Source of the DNA: Wolbachia endosymbiont of Drosophila innubila
Lineage (GTDB): Bacteria; Pseudomonadota; Alphaproteobacteria; Rickettsiales; Anaplasmataceae
Assembly: GCF_021378375.1 (NCBI RefSeq)
Contig: NZ_CP076228.1
Span: forward strand, 210,001-242,000
Direction: 5' to 3'
Length of the DNA: 32,000 bases
The notes beneath the pieces are model-generated. The model made no database searches. It was not told the origin of the DNA and saw nothing but the letters and a program-made list of their open reading frames with translations. Positions 1-11,136 of this stretch are shown one piece after another; within the stretch, counting starts at the first letter, position 1; each line of letters starts with the position of its first letter. A program made the position numbers and the translations under genes.

Positions 1-2158
1 CAAGGTTAGAAGTTAAAATCAGTATGGTGTTGCGAAAATCGATTAATTTACCATGACTATCAGTGAGTCTACCCTCATCCAAGATTTGCAGCAATAGATT
101 AAATATATCTGGATTTGCTTTCTCGATTTCATCAAACAGAATAACCTGATATGGCCTTCTTCTTACCGCTTCAGTTAATCTGCCACCTTGTTCATAGCCA
201 ACATACCCTGGAGGCGCGCCAATTAACTTTGAAACAGAATGTTTTTCCATATATTCTGACATATCAAAACGCAAAAGCGCTGATTGATCGTCAAACAGAA
301 ATTCAGCTAAGGCTTTCGCAAGTTCGGTTTTACCAACTCCAGTTGGACCTAAAAATAAAAATGAACCAAAAGGCTTATTGGTATCTTGCACCCCAGAGCG
401 GGAGCGCCTAACTGCATTACTTATCGCTTCTATTGCATCTTTCTGCCCTATTACTCTTCTTCCTATTTCATTCTCCATGTTAAGGAGTTTTTCCTTTTCA
501 CTATGCATCATATTATCAACTGGAATTCCCGTCCACTTTGAAACAATGTTTGCAATATCATCTCCAGTCACTTCTTTCTTTAAGAAACTATCAGTAACCT
601 TTTCCTGATTTTTTAATTCATTCTCAAGCTGAGGGATCACACCATACATCAGCTCTCCTGCCCTTCCCAAATTCCCACTACGCTGAACTAATTCCAACTC
701 TTTTCTAGCGTTATCTAATTTTTCGGCTGTTTCTTGTATTCTAGCTATTTTATTCTTTTCCATCTGCCATTTGCTATTCAAGTCAGCAAATTTACTGTTT
801 AGATTTTCGATCTCTTCATTTATCTTTTTTAAACGCTGTTTAGAATTTTCATCACTTTCTTTTTTTAGAGCCTCTGCTTCAATCTTTAGCTGTATAACCT
901 TTCTCTCAAGTTCATCAATAACTTCAGGCTTGCTATCCATTTCAATTCTCACCCTACTTGCTGCTTCATCAATCAAATCAATTGCTTTATCAGGTAAAAA
1001 CCTATCTGTTATATATCTATTGGATAACGTTGCAGCAGCAATTATTGCACCGTCTGTAATTCTTATACCATGATGCACCTCATATCTTTCCTTCAAACCC
1101 CTGAGTATTGAAATGGTATCAGTTTCAGTTGGTTGAGAGATAAACACAGGCTGAAAACGCCTTGCAAGTGCAGGATCTTTTTCTATATGCTGACGATATT
1201 CATCTAAAGTTGTGGCTCCTATACAGCGAATTTCTCCACGCGCAAGAGCAGGCTTCAGCAGATTCGAGGCATCCATTGCACCACTTGTTGCTCCTGCTCC
1301 AACTAAAGTATGAAGCTCATCTATAAACAAGATAACTTTTCCCTCCGCTCTCGAAAGCTCATTAATAACTGCTTTTAACCTTTCTTCAAATTCTCCTCTA
1401 AACTTAGTGCCAGCAATTAGTTCTCCAAGATCCAAAGCTAAGACCTTTGCATCATGCAAACCAAGTGGTACATCGTTTGCAACAATTCTATTTGCAAGCC
1501 CCTCAACTATTGCAGTTTTTCCAACACCAGGTTCACCGATCAGCACTGGATTATTTTTTGTCCGCCTCAGTGATACCTGCATAGTTCTTCTGATCTCTTC
1601 ATCACGACCAATTACAGGATCAAGTTTTCCTTGCATAGCAAGCTCTGTAACATCTTTTGTATATTTCTTTGCCGCATTTAATTTTTCCTCACTGTTTGGC
1701 GAGTCCGCACTGCTGCCCTTTCTCATTTCTGCAACAACTGAGTTCAGTTTTTGTGGAGTCACACCATTCTCTGCCAGAATTTTGCCTACAGTATCATCTT
1801 TTTGTGCAGTGAGGCCATGCAGTAAACGCTCGACAGCAACAAATGAATCTTTATTTCTCTTTGCAATACCAATTGAATCTTCAAAAACTTTTGCTATTTC
1901 TCTTGAAAGTTGAAGGCCACCACTTCCTGGACCTTCAATTACTGGCAACTTTTTTATTGCACTATCCACAGCATCGGAAATACTCTGCACATTTCCACCA
2001 CAAGCGTTTATCAAATCCTGAACTAAACCTGATTCATCTTCAAGCATCACTTTTAGTAAATGCTCAGGCATAAAAATCTGATGCCCAGCTCCCAACGCTT
2101 TCATTTGAGCACTTTGAATTAGACTTTTTGCTTTTTCGGTAAATTTATTTAAGTCCAT
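1..2158 (-). CDS. clpB: ATP-dependent chaperone ClpB (partial; C-terminus beyond window start)
   Basis: Absent from the ORF track because it runs off the window edge. My minus-strand translation from ATG at 2158 reads [27 protein letters not shown]...[15 protein letters not shown]...[19 protein letters not shown] (NBD1 Walker A). A long coiled-coil middle domain follows, then [19 protein letters not shown] (NBD2 Walker A) and [15 protein letters not shown]. The '+' ORFs at 151-2073 are antisense artefacts. Confidence 0.92.
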   Translation of the reverse strand, partial: MDLNKFTEKAKSLIQSAQMKALGAGHQIFMPEHLLKVMLEDESGLVQDLINACGGNVQSISDAVDSAIKKLPVIEGPGSGGLQLSREIAKVFEDSIGIAKRNKDSFVAVERLLHGLTAQKDDTVGKILAENGVTPQKLNSVVAEMRKGSSADSPNSEEKLNAAKKYTKDVTELAMQGKLDPVIGRDEEIRRTMQVSLRRTKNNPVLIGEPGVGKTAIVEGLANRIVANDVPLGLHDAKVLALDLGELIAGTKFRGEFEERLKAVINELSRAEGKVILFIDELHTLVGAGATSGAMDASNLLKPALARGEIRCIGATTLDEYRQHIEKDPALARRFQPVFISQPTETDTISILRGLKERYEVHHGIRITDGAIIAAATLSNRYITDRFLPDKAIDLIDEAASRVRIEMDSKPEVIDELERKVIQLKIEAEALKKESDENSKQRLKKINEEIENLNSKFADLNSKWQMEKNKIARIQETAEKLDNARKELELVQRSGNLGRAGELMYGVIPQLENELKNQEKVTDSFLKKEVTGDDIANIVSKWTGIPVDNMMHSEKEKLLNMENEIGRRVIGQKDAIEAISNAVRRSRSGVQDTNKPFGSFLFLGPTGVGKTELAKALAEFLFDDQSALLRFDMSEYMEKHSVSKLIGAPPGYVGYEQGGRLTEAVRRRPYQVILFDEIEKANPDIFNLLLQILDEGRLTDSHGKLIDFRNTILILTSNL

Positions 2159-2484
2159 AACACCAGTTAAATTCGTATTTGCTGATGTATATAACAACTG
2201 ATTTCATAAATTTAAACCTAAAGTTGTTTATTGTTAGGTATGAAATTTAAAACTTTCTTAAAAAAGGAACTATCATAGTAACCATACAAATATCTTGTAT
2301 CTCAAGACCTTTGGTTTTTGTTGCTGAAAATGGTTGTATTATTTAAGTTATTAACAATATACAATACTAAGTTAATGTAATTTATTTGGAGATGACAGGA
2401 AAATTTATTGTAACTTTATATTTTAAATAGAATAAAGTTCTTTTGTTAGTATTGTCCTTTTTGTAAAAAATATTCCTAATTTCT

Positions 2485-3136
2485 TCATCATTTCTGTGGG
2501 TAAGGTCATCTGCTTCTCTACCTTAAGTGGTTAACAAAGTTTCTTGTCATGAAGGACCAAATGGAAGTCTGCTCGTTTTCACGCGAATTAATGTTACAAA
2601 TTCTATCCATTTCGTTACAAAATGGCATTCGCTTTCTCCATTATCCTTTACCTGCACATCCATCAGCATTCCTTGCGGGTTGCCTGCCATATAGGCGAAA
2701 ATACAGGCTTATCCTGTTCCTTTTGTCATACAATAGTGGGTTAGGTGGCTTCTCTATACCGGTGGAATTATTATTTGCGTACATCCAGAAATGAAAAATG
2801 TCACATTACCTTTTGGTCGGAGCTTATCAGCATCTTTAGCTCTTTAATCGTTACGATACTTATGAAGCTTCACTTACGTTCACCATACCACTAAGCCTAG
2901 CCCTCCAACCACATGATGCTTGTAGTTTATGCTTTCTCTCACGATTGAGCATCTTCTTTATCAAGAGGAGGTTCATTGTCCGCATCGCTTGGCACCAACC
3001 GGTTACCCGATTCGCACTGATGCATAGACTCAGATGGCAAAACATCTGGTTTAATAAGTTTTAGAACTCTTTTAGTTTCTTTCTGAAGGAATTCCTCTCC
3101 TTTTAAACAATATGACCGAAGACTTTCAGGTCGCAC
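2485..3136 (-). mobile_element. Group II intron 5' remnant (domains I-III-like, no IEP, no domain V); lower boundary approximate
   Basis: The minus strand starts GTGCGACCTGAAAGTC (GUGYG 5' consensus) immediately after codon ...QLIIEM of the Rpn-like gene. About 650 nt follow that are GC-richer and purine-loop-rich, unlike the AT-rich flank. No RT ORF and no domain V motif lie between 2160 and 2485. The sequence is unrelated to the intron at 14368. Confidence 0.45.
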
Positions 3137-3382
3137 CATTTCAATAATTAGCTGGGTTCCAGCAGAATCAGTACAGAAAACATCAACAATACTTTGTTTT
3201 TTAGAGGCAATCTCAGCATCCATGATAGTGCTGAGAAATTCTATTTCTTCTATTTCATCTTTGCCAGCGAAGCCCAATATATCATTGAGAAAGTGAATGA
3301 GAATATCTTTATTTTTCTCAGTGCCAAATATTCTCTTGAACGCGAAATTGTTTTTTGGATCGAGAAATTTCGAAAAGGCCAT
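3137..3382 (-). pseudogene. PD-(D/E)XK nuclease-family (Rpn/YhgA-like) transposase, N-terminal ~82 codons only, interrupted by the intron remnant
   Basis: MAFSKFLDPKNNFAFKRIFGTEKNKDILIHFLNDILGF...SIVDVFCTDSAGTQLIIEM matches the conserved N-terminus of this family, whose full-length members are roughly 300 aa. The rest of ORF 2939..3394 is read-through into intron sequence. Confidence 0.6.
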
Positions 3383-3444
3383 AATTAAATACAATTAGGA
3401 GACGAATAATTATACACTATTTTTCGCAAATGTTCAACCTCTGA

Positions 3445-5274
3445 TTACTCCTTATTCTTTGCCCTTCCTGCACGCTTACGTTCATTTGGATCAAGGAATT
3501 TCTTGCGTAAACGTATAGATTTTGGAGTTACTTCCACCAATTCATCATCATCTATATACGCTATCATATCCTCCAGTGTCATTATCTTTGGTGGAGTGAG
3601 CTTTATAGCTTCATCACTACCTGAAGCTCTTACGTTTGTTAATTGCTTACCCTTTAACACATTTATCTCCAAATCATTGTCACGGCTATGCTGGCCGACA
3701 ACCATGCCACAATATACCTTATCCTGTGGCTTAATAAACATAATTCCCCTGTCTTGCAAATTGAAAATTGCATATGCCACAGCCTCACCCTTATCTGTAG
3801 AAATTAAAACTCCATTGCGCCTTCCAGAAATTGGACCTCTATGTGGAGCATAACTGTGAAATAAACGGTTAATTATGCCTGTGCCACGAGAATCAGTTAA
3901 AAACTCTCCTTGATAACCGATTAATCCTCTTGATGGCACTAAAAACGTTAATCTTGTCCTGCCATTACCAGAAGGTCTCATGTCAGTTACTTCACCTTTA
4001 CGGAAGCTGAGTTTTTCCATGATGATTCCACTATATTCATCATCTACATCAATTACTACTTCCTCTATAGGTTCAAGTTTTTTACCGCCTTCTTCTTTAA
4101 ATAACACGCGAGGGCGTGATACCGAAAGCTCAAAACCTTCTCTCCTCATATTTTCAATTAACACTCCAAGCTGTAACTCACCACGCCCACCTACTTCAAA
4201 TGCTTCACCGCTTGGTGCCAAAGTCACAGTAATTGCAACATTTGTTTCTGCTTCCGCATATAAACGATCCTTTATAGCAGTTGAAGTAAGCTTTGTACCT
4301 TCTTGCCCAGCAAAAGGTGAATCATTAACGCTCAGAGTAATCGCCATTGTTGGCGGATCAACTGGAGTTGAGCTTACTGCAGTTGTAACTTCTGGTGCTG
4401 CTATAGTATCTGAAACCGAAGCTTCCTCAAGTCCTGCAATTGCAATTATGTCTCCCGCCACAGCTTGTTCTACTGGAATGCGTTTCAAGCCAGAAAATGA
4501 GAGCAACTTAGTTAATCTTCCTCGTTCAATTACTTTGCCATCGAGGTCAAGCACCTTAAGATCTGAATTGACTTTTGCAATGCCCTGATAAACCTTTCCT
4601 GTCAATATTCTGCCAAGAAATTTATCAGACTCAAGTAGAGTGACCAACATAGCAAAAGGTGCATTTTGATTATAAACAGAAGGTTTTATATAATCTATAA
4701 CCGTTGAAAATAATGGGCTTAAATCTTTTCTTTCATCAGAAAGCTCCTTAGCACACCAGCCATTTCTACCTGAAGCATACAACACTGGAAAATCTAGCTG
4801 CTCGTTGGTTGCATCAAGGTTAAAAAATAACTCATATATTTCATTTAATACTTCATCAATTCTGCTATCTGGTCGGTCGACCTTATTGATTATCACAATT
4901 GGCTTCAAATTTGCTTTTAGTGCTTTTGAGAGCACAAATTTTGTTTGTGGCATGGGACCTTCTGCAGCGTCAACCAGCAGCAACACACCATCTGCCATGC
5001 ACAATACCCTTTCCACTTCCCCACCAAAGTCCGCGTGCCCTGGCGTGTCAATAATATTGATCTTTTCATCGCCCCACATTATTGATGTACATTTTGCAAG
5101 TATTGTAATTCCGCGTTCACGCTCTTGATCACCACTATCCATCACTCGTTCTTGAACTTCTTGATTCTCGCGGAATGTGCCACTTTGTTTTAACATGTTA
5201 TCAAGTAAAGTAGTTTTACCGTGGTCAACGTGTGCGATTATTGCTATATTTCGGATCGATTTAAATTCGTTCAT
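3445..5274 (-). CDS. typA: Translational GTPase TypA/BipA
   Basis: 609 aa. IRNIAIIAHVDHGKTTL (G1), DTPGHADFGGEVER (G3), NKVDR (G4), followed by EF-G-like domains. Length is typical of BipA. Confidence 0.95.
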   Translation of the reverse strand: MNEFKSIRNIAIIAHVDHGKTTLLDNMLKQSGTFRENQEVQERVMDSGDQERERGITILAKCTSIMWGDEKINIIDTPGHADFGGEVERVLCMADGVLLLVDAAEGPMPQTKFVLSKALKANLKPIVIINKVDRPDSRIDEVLNEIYELFFNLDATNEQLDFPVLYASGRNGWCAKELSDERKDLSPLFSTVIDYIKPSVYNQNAPFAMLVTLLESDKFLGRILTGKVYQGIAKVNSDLKVLDLDGKVIERGRLTKLLSFSGLKRIPVEQAVAGDIIAIAGLEEASVSDTIAAPEVTTAVSSTPVDPPTMAITLSVNDSPFAGQEGTKLTSTAIKDRLYAEAETNVAITVTLAPSGEAFEVGGRGELQLGVLIENMRREGFELSVSRPRVLFKEEGGKKLEPIEEVVIDVDDEYSGIIMEKLSFRKGEVTDMRPSGNGRTRLTFLVPSRGLIGYQGEFLTDSRGTGIINRLFHSYAPHRGPISGRRNGVLISTDKGEAVAYAIFNLQDRGIMFIKPQDKVYCGMVVGQHSRDNDLEINVLKGKQLTNVRASGSDEAIKLTPPKIMTLEDMIAYIDDDELVEVTPKSIRLRKKFLDPNERKRAGRAKNKE

Positions 5275-5379
5275 TTTCTATCATTTCAAAATTAATTTAG
5301 TAATAAGTATACATAAAATACACTTGGAGTAAATAACTAAAGCTGTGTATAAATGCTGTGTTTCCAAGATATTATAGGA

Positions 5380-5976
5380 TTACTTTGTTAAATATTCCCT
5401 ACTCCCAGGTTTTGTTATGGGTAGTTGTTTTAATTCACTTGGAAGTTCTTCCTCGCTGTAGTTTTTGATGTTCAGTTCAATCAAAGATATGACAGGAAAA
5501 GGCAGTTTCGTTTCACTATTTCTCTTTATCAAAGAAGCTTCAGCAACAACTTTACCTCCTTCCCCTTCTGCACATTCCACTGCTTCAAGTGAAGATTTAC
5601 CTGTGGTTATTACATCTTCAATGAGCAATATTTTCTCACCCTTTTTGATCTTAAATCCACGGCGTAATTCAAACTTACCATTAACGCGCTCGCAAAACAT
5701 TGTCTTTATTCCAAACTGCCTGCCAATCTCATAACCCACAATTATTCCACCAATTGCAGGAGATAATATTAAATCTATGGAGCTATTTAATTCTTTTTTT
5801 ATTTTATCTGCTAATAATGCGCAAACTTTCATGGCTCTGCTTGGATTTTCAAAAATCTTCGCACACTGTATGTATGTGTCACTATGCAGCCCGGATGATA
5901 AAACAAAATGCCCATGCAAAATTGCTTCTGCTTCTTTAAATTCTTTTATTATTAGGTTATTTTCGTCTAATATCAT
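5380..5976 (-). CDS. pyrE: Orotate phosphoribosyltransferase
   Basis: 198 aa. HGHFVLSSGLHSDTYIQC plus the PRPP-binding loop ILLIEDVITTGKS. Confidence 0.88.
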   Translation of the reverse strand: MILDENNLIIKEFKEAEAILHGHFVLSSGLHSDTYIQCAKIFENPSRAMKVCALLADKIKKELNSSIDLILSPAIGGIIVGYEIGRQFGIKTMFCERVNGKFELRRGFKIKKGEKILLIEDVITTGKSSLEAVECAEGEGGKVVAEASLIKRNSETKLPFPVISLIELNIKNYSEEELPSELKQLPITKPGSREYLTK

Positions 5977-5979
5977 TTT

Positions 5980-7164
5980 TTAAGTTTCACTATTACATTC
6001 TTTATTAATTATCTGAGTGATACAAACATCAGACCACACATTTATTGCAGTTTCAAACATATCGATGATTGTATAAATAGGCAAAATCAGTCCCATAATA
6101 TGCAGAGGAACATTCATCGACATGAGATAACTGGTTGCCATAAAATAGCACCCCATCGGCACTCCAGCGTTACCAATTGCAGCCCCTGTAGCTAAAAAAA
6201 TCCATATCAACATTTCGCTTAAGGAAAATACGTATCCGTTCATTTCTGCAACAAACATTACAGTGATTAGTATAAATGCAGCACATGCATTCATGTTAAT
6301 TGTTGTGCATATTGGTAAAATAAAAGACGATAATTTCTTTGGCACCTTTAGCTTGTTCTGCACACATTCTATAGTTGTTGGCAATGTTGCACTGGATGAT
6401 TTAGAAAAAAACGCAAGTGTGAGTGCTGGCATAACCCCTTTCAGCGTTTGAATTGGTGATATGCCTTTATACCACATAAATAGCGGTAAAATCAGAAATG
6501 CCTGCACAAAATTTGCAGACATTATGCAAACAAAATACCATAAAAGATTGTAGAACTCACTACCGCCTTTTAATTCATGCAAAAAACATGTAATAAAAGA
6601 CCAAACAGCAAGCGGAATAAATTTTAATAACCCTTGAGCAATTTTAAGTAGCGTATCAAAAAGTGCAGAGAATACTTGATATAATATATCCTGCTTTTCT
6701 TTTGAAAGTGAAACAATAGCTCCACCCATCAAAAAAGCGATTAATATGCTACCAATCATATTATTTTCAAGAAAAACTTGCACAAAATTAGAAGGAATGA
6801 GTGATTTTAAATATGAAAAATAACTGTGGTTATTGCTGTTAATACTCCCTATTGTATTACTTATGAAATTTTTTCTTGCTGGATCTATTAACAAATAAAA
6901 CGATAATGCAACAAACGCAGCTATAATAGTTGTAAGCAGAGTATAAAATAGTGTTTTCTTAACTAAGACTTTGATTTCAATTGAGTCTTTGAGTCCGGAA
7001 ATTGTGGAAACTATGGATAAAAAAACCAGAGGTAAGCTTATTAATTTGAGCAAGCTGATAAAGATATCACTAAATAGCTTTGCTATTTCAAATATGATTT
7101 CATTGTTTAGGTAGTAAGCAACTATTGCAAGCAGTATAGAAAAAAGTATTGCAAACTTGTGCAT
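5980..7164 (-). CDS. Dicarboxylate/amino acid:cation symporter (DAACS/SDF family)
   Basis: 394 aa polytopic membrane protein carrying the family signature FSKSSSATLPTT plus NMNACAAF and AAIGNAGVP re-entrant loop motifs. Confidence 0.85.
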   Translation of the reverse strand: MHKFAILFSILLAIVAYYLNNEIIFEIAKLFSDIFISLLKLISLPLVFLSIVSTISGLKDSIEIKVLVKKTLFYTLLTTIIAAFVALSFYLLIDPARKNFISNTIGSINSNNHSYFSYLKSLIPSNFVQVFLENNMIGSILIAFLMGGAIVSLSKEKQDILYQVFSALFDTLLKIAQGLLKFIPLAVWSFITCFLHELKGGSEFYNLLWYFVCIMSANFVQAFLILPLFMWYKGISPIQTLKGVMPALTLAFFSKSSSATLPTTIECVQNKLKVPKKLSSFILPICTTINMNACAAFILITVMFVAEMNGYVFSLSEMLIWIFLATGAAIGNAGVPMGCYFMATSYLMSMNVPLHIMGLILPIYTIIDMFETAINVWSDVCITQIINKECNSET

Positions 7165-7362
7165 TGAAAATAAAACTTCAAAGTAACATTATACAATAAT
7201 TTTGCTGTTTTGGAATCAGATTGATAGACAAAATAACTTTACAGATTAGGGAAAGATAAGAGGATGTGTTTATTCGGAGACAGTGTAAGATTTCTTAATT
7301 TAAATTTAGGTGCACTTAGCCCATTCTGGTGATAACAAATTGGAATAGATAAGATATGATAA

Positions 7363-8688
7363 CTAACTCTTCTGCGAGTATATAGTTTTGCCGGACACAA
7401 CAGTACGTACTACGTGTCCTTTTACTTTGCGACCATCGAAAGGAGAATTCTTTGATTTACTAGCAAAGTTGTCAGTTTTAATTTCCCATTCATGATTGAG
7501 GTCAACTAAAATTAAGTCTGCAGCAAGGTTTTTTTGTATACGACCACGTGGTATGTGTATTATATCTGCAGGCTTATATGTCAATTTTGCAAGCACATCA
7601 AGTAGACCCATTTGCCCACTGTGATAGAGTTCAAGTGAAAGGGGCAGCATTGTTTCAAGACCAACAATACCAAATGCAGCATTTTCAAGTGGTAGATCTT
7701 TAGAACTACGATCATGCGGAGCGTGATCAGTTGCAATGCAATCAATCACACCTGTCTTTAAACCTTCAACCATAGCTAAACGATCTTCTTCAGTGCGAAG
7801 CGGCGGATTCATTTTTGCAATTGCTCCATGTTGTTTTACTATATCTTCAGTCAAAGTGAAGTGATGAGGGGTTACTTCGCACGTAACATTTAATCCCAAA
7901 TCTTTTGCACGTTTAATAGCATCAAGTGAATCTTTTGAAGAGACATGTAGAATATGGTAGTGCACATTTTCCATATCCTTCATTAGCAGTATATCGCGAT
8001 TTACCATAACCGATTCTGACGCACTCAAGATCCCCTTTACTCCCAATTCTTCAGAAATTTTACCTTCGTTGATTGCGCCACCAGCAGATAAATTTAAATC
8101 TTCTGCATGTTGAGCAATAGGAACATTCAGCATACTTGAATAAAGCAGCGCCTGTCTCATAATCATTGGGTTCATAACTGGCATGCCATCATCGGTGAAC
8201 CCAACCGCACCTGCTTCCTTTAAAAGTGCCATTTCAGTCAGGTGTTCTTCCGAAGTGGTGATTTTAGCGTAAAATTCAACGTTTACATGTGAAGTTTCAA
8301 GTGCTCTATATTTCAAATATTTAGCCAAAATAACGCTATCAATTGCTGGAACAGTGTTTGGCTGACAAACTACAGTTGTAACTCCCCCCGCAGCTGCAGA
8401 TTTGCTGCCTGTATATATAGTTTCTTTATGTTCCTGGCCTGGTTCACGAAAATGTACGTGAATGTCAATAAGGCCTGGCATTAGAACAAGCCCTTTACAG
8501 TCTATTGTTTCATCAACTCCACTTGTTGAAAATAATGATTCACCAAAGTCAACAATTTTATCCCCTTCAGTCAATAATGAACCTTTTATATCAAGTTTAG
8601 TTTCCGGGTCGATAATACGAGCATTAGTATACGCAATTTTATAGCCTTCCTTTTGCCCTGTTTGCAACAAATCCCAAGTTTGAGTCAT
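7363..8688 (-). CDS. pyrC: Dihydroorotase
   Basis: PGLIDIHVHFREPG metal-binding motif and ATDHAPH near the C-terminus. The track ORF starts at 8742, but the ATG at 8688 (MTQTWDLLQ) is the more plausible start. Confidence 0.9.
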   Translation of the reverse strand: MTQTWDLLQTGQKEGYKIAYTNARIIDPETKLDIKGSLLTEGDKIVDFGESLFSTSGVDETIDCKGLVLMPGLIDIHVHFREPGQEHKETIYTGSKSAAAGGVTTVVCQPNTVPAIDSVILAKYLKYRALETSHVNVEFYAKITTSEEHLTEMALLKEAGAVGFTDDGMPVMNPMIMRQALLYSSMLNVPIAQHAEDLNLSAGGAINEGKISEELGVKGILSASESVMVNRDILLMKDMENVHYHILHVSSKDSLDAIKRAKDLGLNVTCEVTPHHFTLTEDIVKQHGAIAKMNPPLRTEEDRLAMVEGLKTGVIDCIATDHAPHDRSSKDLPLENAAFGIVGLETMLPLSLELYHSGQMGLLDVLAKLTYKPADIIHIPRGRIQKNLAADLILVDLNHEWEIKTDNFASKSKNSPFDGRKVKGHVVRTVVSGKTIYSQKS

Positions 8689-9758
8689 TATATTTGAGTA
8701 TCGATTATAAAATAAATCTAAAGTTTTTTTAATAAAACACAACCAAATTAAAACACAGACTAAGAGCTGTCTTGAATTAAAGTGCTTTCATTACCCTAAA
8801 GATTTGGTTCTTATAACCTAGTTAGCTCAGTTTTAACGTTAATGTGTGAAGCTCTGAGTTCTGTTGAAGGATTTTCCAGCTGAATATCTAGCTCATTCTG
8901 TATGTTCGATAAACAAATTAAAGCTGAATCAAAAATTTCATCACACTGCTTTGCTTCATGTATATCATCAATTATTTCCTCGAATTCTTCCACATCATCC
9001 ATTTCTTGCGGCGCACTTTTTAATATCGCTTTTATTTGGTTTAAGTTTTGACGAATTTTCTCCTGATATCCAACAATTCTCTCTTGATATATATCAATCA
9101 TTTTTTGACATGCGTTGCCTCTAAATGGATGTTCTTTTTTCTCTTTTATGTAAGAACTTTGAAAGTCTTTACAGTTAAGGATTGCTTCTCTATGTTTTTT
9201 TATGTCATTAATTGCGCTGATTATCGACTTATCTATTTTCTTTAAATTTTCTTCCCGTTCTTCTCTTTTAATTATACTTTTGGATTCATTTTTTATCTGG
9301 TTCATTTTGTCATACAGGTTTCTGCATCCTTTGTAAGATGCCATTGGTTGTAACATTCCTTCTTTTACACCTTTATTGTAAAAATTCTTCAACTCATCAC
9401 TTGATAGTATTGTTATAGCATCTTCCCTTTTACCTTGTGATTTAGGATACTTTTTATTCAATAAACTAACATGATTTAACAAGAAATCTCTAACTAGCCC
9501 TTCTTTTTTTACTTCGGATAATCTTTCTAGTGTTTCTATATATTTCAGAGTTTCCGCAAAGAGCTGTCCACCAGAGGGAGCAAATCCTTGAAGTGATTTA
9601 CTCTGTGCTTTACAAAAATCGGTTTGTAAAAAATCTTCAGCTTGTTTTTTTATTACTGAAAGTTCATTAAAGGCTTTTTCTGGATTGATTTTTCTCAAAA
9701 TACTAATAGCTTTTCTAATCGCTTTTTCTCTCTTTTTATTATCTTGCTTTTCATTTAA

Positions 9759-10671
9759 GAGGTTGTCCGGAAACTAGTAAATTCAAGCATATTCCCTCTT
9801 TAACATAACCCTACTCATAGCTAGGTATATGAAATTCTCAGTGGATGTTGTGAGTAAATCATACTCCTTCGATAGCCTTCTATTCCTATTAACCCAAGCA
9901 AAAGTCCTTTCTACAACCCATCTTCTTGGCTGTACTTTAAACCCTTGTTCTCTTGTTGGTAGTAGCTCAGGTGGCGTATCTTTGTGCACCCAAAATCTAC
10001 ATGGAGGCCTTTTAACAATTTCAATATCTATGTCATATTCTTCCTTTATGTGATTCTTTAAATTTCTTCCTTGGTATCCCATGTCAGCCCACATTTTTTA
10101 ACTTTAGTATATTTTGTTCTCATATTGTTTAATGCTATTTTAATACCATCTCTATCATTTTCGTTAGCAGCGCCTACGTAACAACCTAGTATAAAACCCT
10201 GAGTGTCTGTAATTATATGCCTTTTTCTACCCTTTACTTTTTTTTACTTCCATCATAGCTTTGATCCCCTTTTCTGTAGTCTTTACAGATTGACTATCTA
10301 CTATACAGGCACTCGGCTGCTCATTCTTTCCTATTTTTCTTCTACTATATTTTGTAATTTCATAATTCATTTTCTCAAAATTCCCTGCTTCTTCCATTGC
10401 CTGAACTGCTCATACACAGTCTTCCATAGCGGAAAATCATTTGGTAAATACCGCCATTGACACCCTGTACGCAATACATAGAAAATTGCTTCTAATATTT
10501 CTTTTTTGCTATACTTTGGCAGCCTTCCTCCTTTCTTGTATGATACTCTGAAGTGTTTTTCTATTCTTGCCCATTCCCTTTCGCTTAGATCTGTTGGATA
10601 CTTTTTTCTCATCTTTACCCCGTACTAAAATTTCAGATATTATAGCCTTTTACTTGTTTCCGGACAACCTC
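9759..10671 (-). mobile_element. IS5-family insertion sequence (ISWpi1-like), 913 bp, with a 3-bp TAA target-site duplication
   Basis: Terminal inverted repeats GAGGTTGTCCGGAAAC(T/A)AGTAAA at 9759 and, as the reverse complement, at 10671. TAA lies directly on both flanks (9756-9758 and 10672-10674). The interior encodes a DDE transposase. Confidence 0.88.
9783..10612 (-). pseudogene. IS5-family DDE transposase split over at least three frames
   Basis: OrfA is 10612..10367 (MRKKYPTDLSEREW...GCQWRYLPNDFP...). The middle segment ...ACIVDSQSVKTTEKG...VKGRKRHIITDTQGFILG... is readable only after shifting at the A8 run near 10240. The A6 run near 10094 shifts frame again before MWADMGYQG...RWVVERTFAW. 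One shift may be programmed, but two or more suggest decay. Confidence 0.75.
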
Positions 10672-11136
10672 TAATATGAGATGTTCAGTTTTGGTAAAAG
10701 CATTACCTTGATCACTCTTTGCAATGTTACAAACGATGTTTTTTACAACTTCTTCGGTTGCTGCATAATCTATTTCTTTTGCAAAGCAGTCAACAAATGA
10801 TTGCCAAACTTTTTTATTAACAAGTTTACTTGTCTTATTTTCAAAATCTTCTATATCTTTGAATCCTAAAATAGTATAGAGATTTTTTTCGATTATTGGT
10901 TCGGCATGTTGTTTTGCCACTTTACCTTTTATATTGAATGGAAATTTACTAATCTTAGTTGTACCCACAATATTACCTCAATATTAACGCTATCTATAAA
11001 AGTATAAAGATTTAATATTTAATTTTTAATTAATACTAGCACAGCTAACTACGGGAGCATTATGCTAGCATCAATTAACACTTTAACTTCTAACTTGTCA
11101 TCAGTAATATTGTTTATATAAAAACTATAATTTTTT

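Larger units (their letters stand above)
8811..10968 (-). pseudogene. Hypothetical helical/Lys-Glu-rich protein (~413 aa when restored) disrupted by an IS insertion
   Basis: The N-part is 10968..10672 and the C-part 9755..8811. Removing 9759..10671 and one TAA copy joins ...KTEHLIL to NEKQDNKKREKAIRKAISILRKINPEKAF... in the same frame (9755-9698=57, divisible by 3). I recognise no domain. Confidence 0.7.

Noticed and set aside
151-2073. Five '+' strand ORFs of 76-168 aa in the first 2 kb
   Set aside because: They have low-complexity Ser/Phe/Leu-rich translations and are antisense to a continuous, strongly conserved ClpB reading frame on the minus strand.
2549-3045. ORFs 2549..2794 (+, 81 aa) and 2860..3045 (-, 61 aa)
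   Set aside because: Both lie inside the putative group II intron ribozyme remnant. Neither has protein similarity that I recognise, and the sequence is better explained as structured-RNA DNA.
3503-5128. '+' ORFs of 107-202 aa (3503-3853, 3980-4588, 4805-5128)
   Set aside because: They are antisense shadows of typA. The 202-aa ORF is Ser/Thr-rich low complexity with no start context or recognisable motif.
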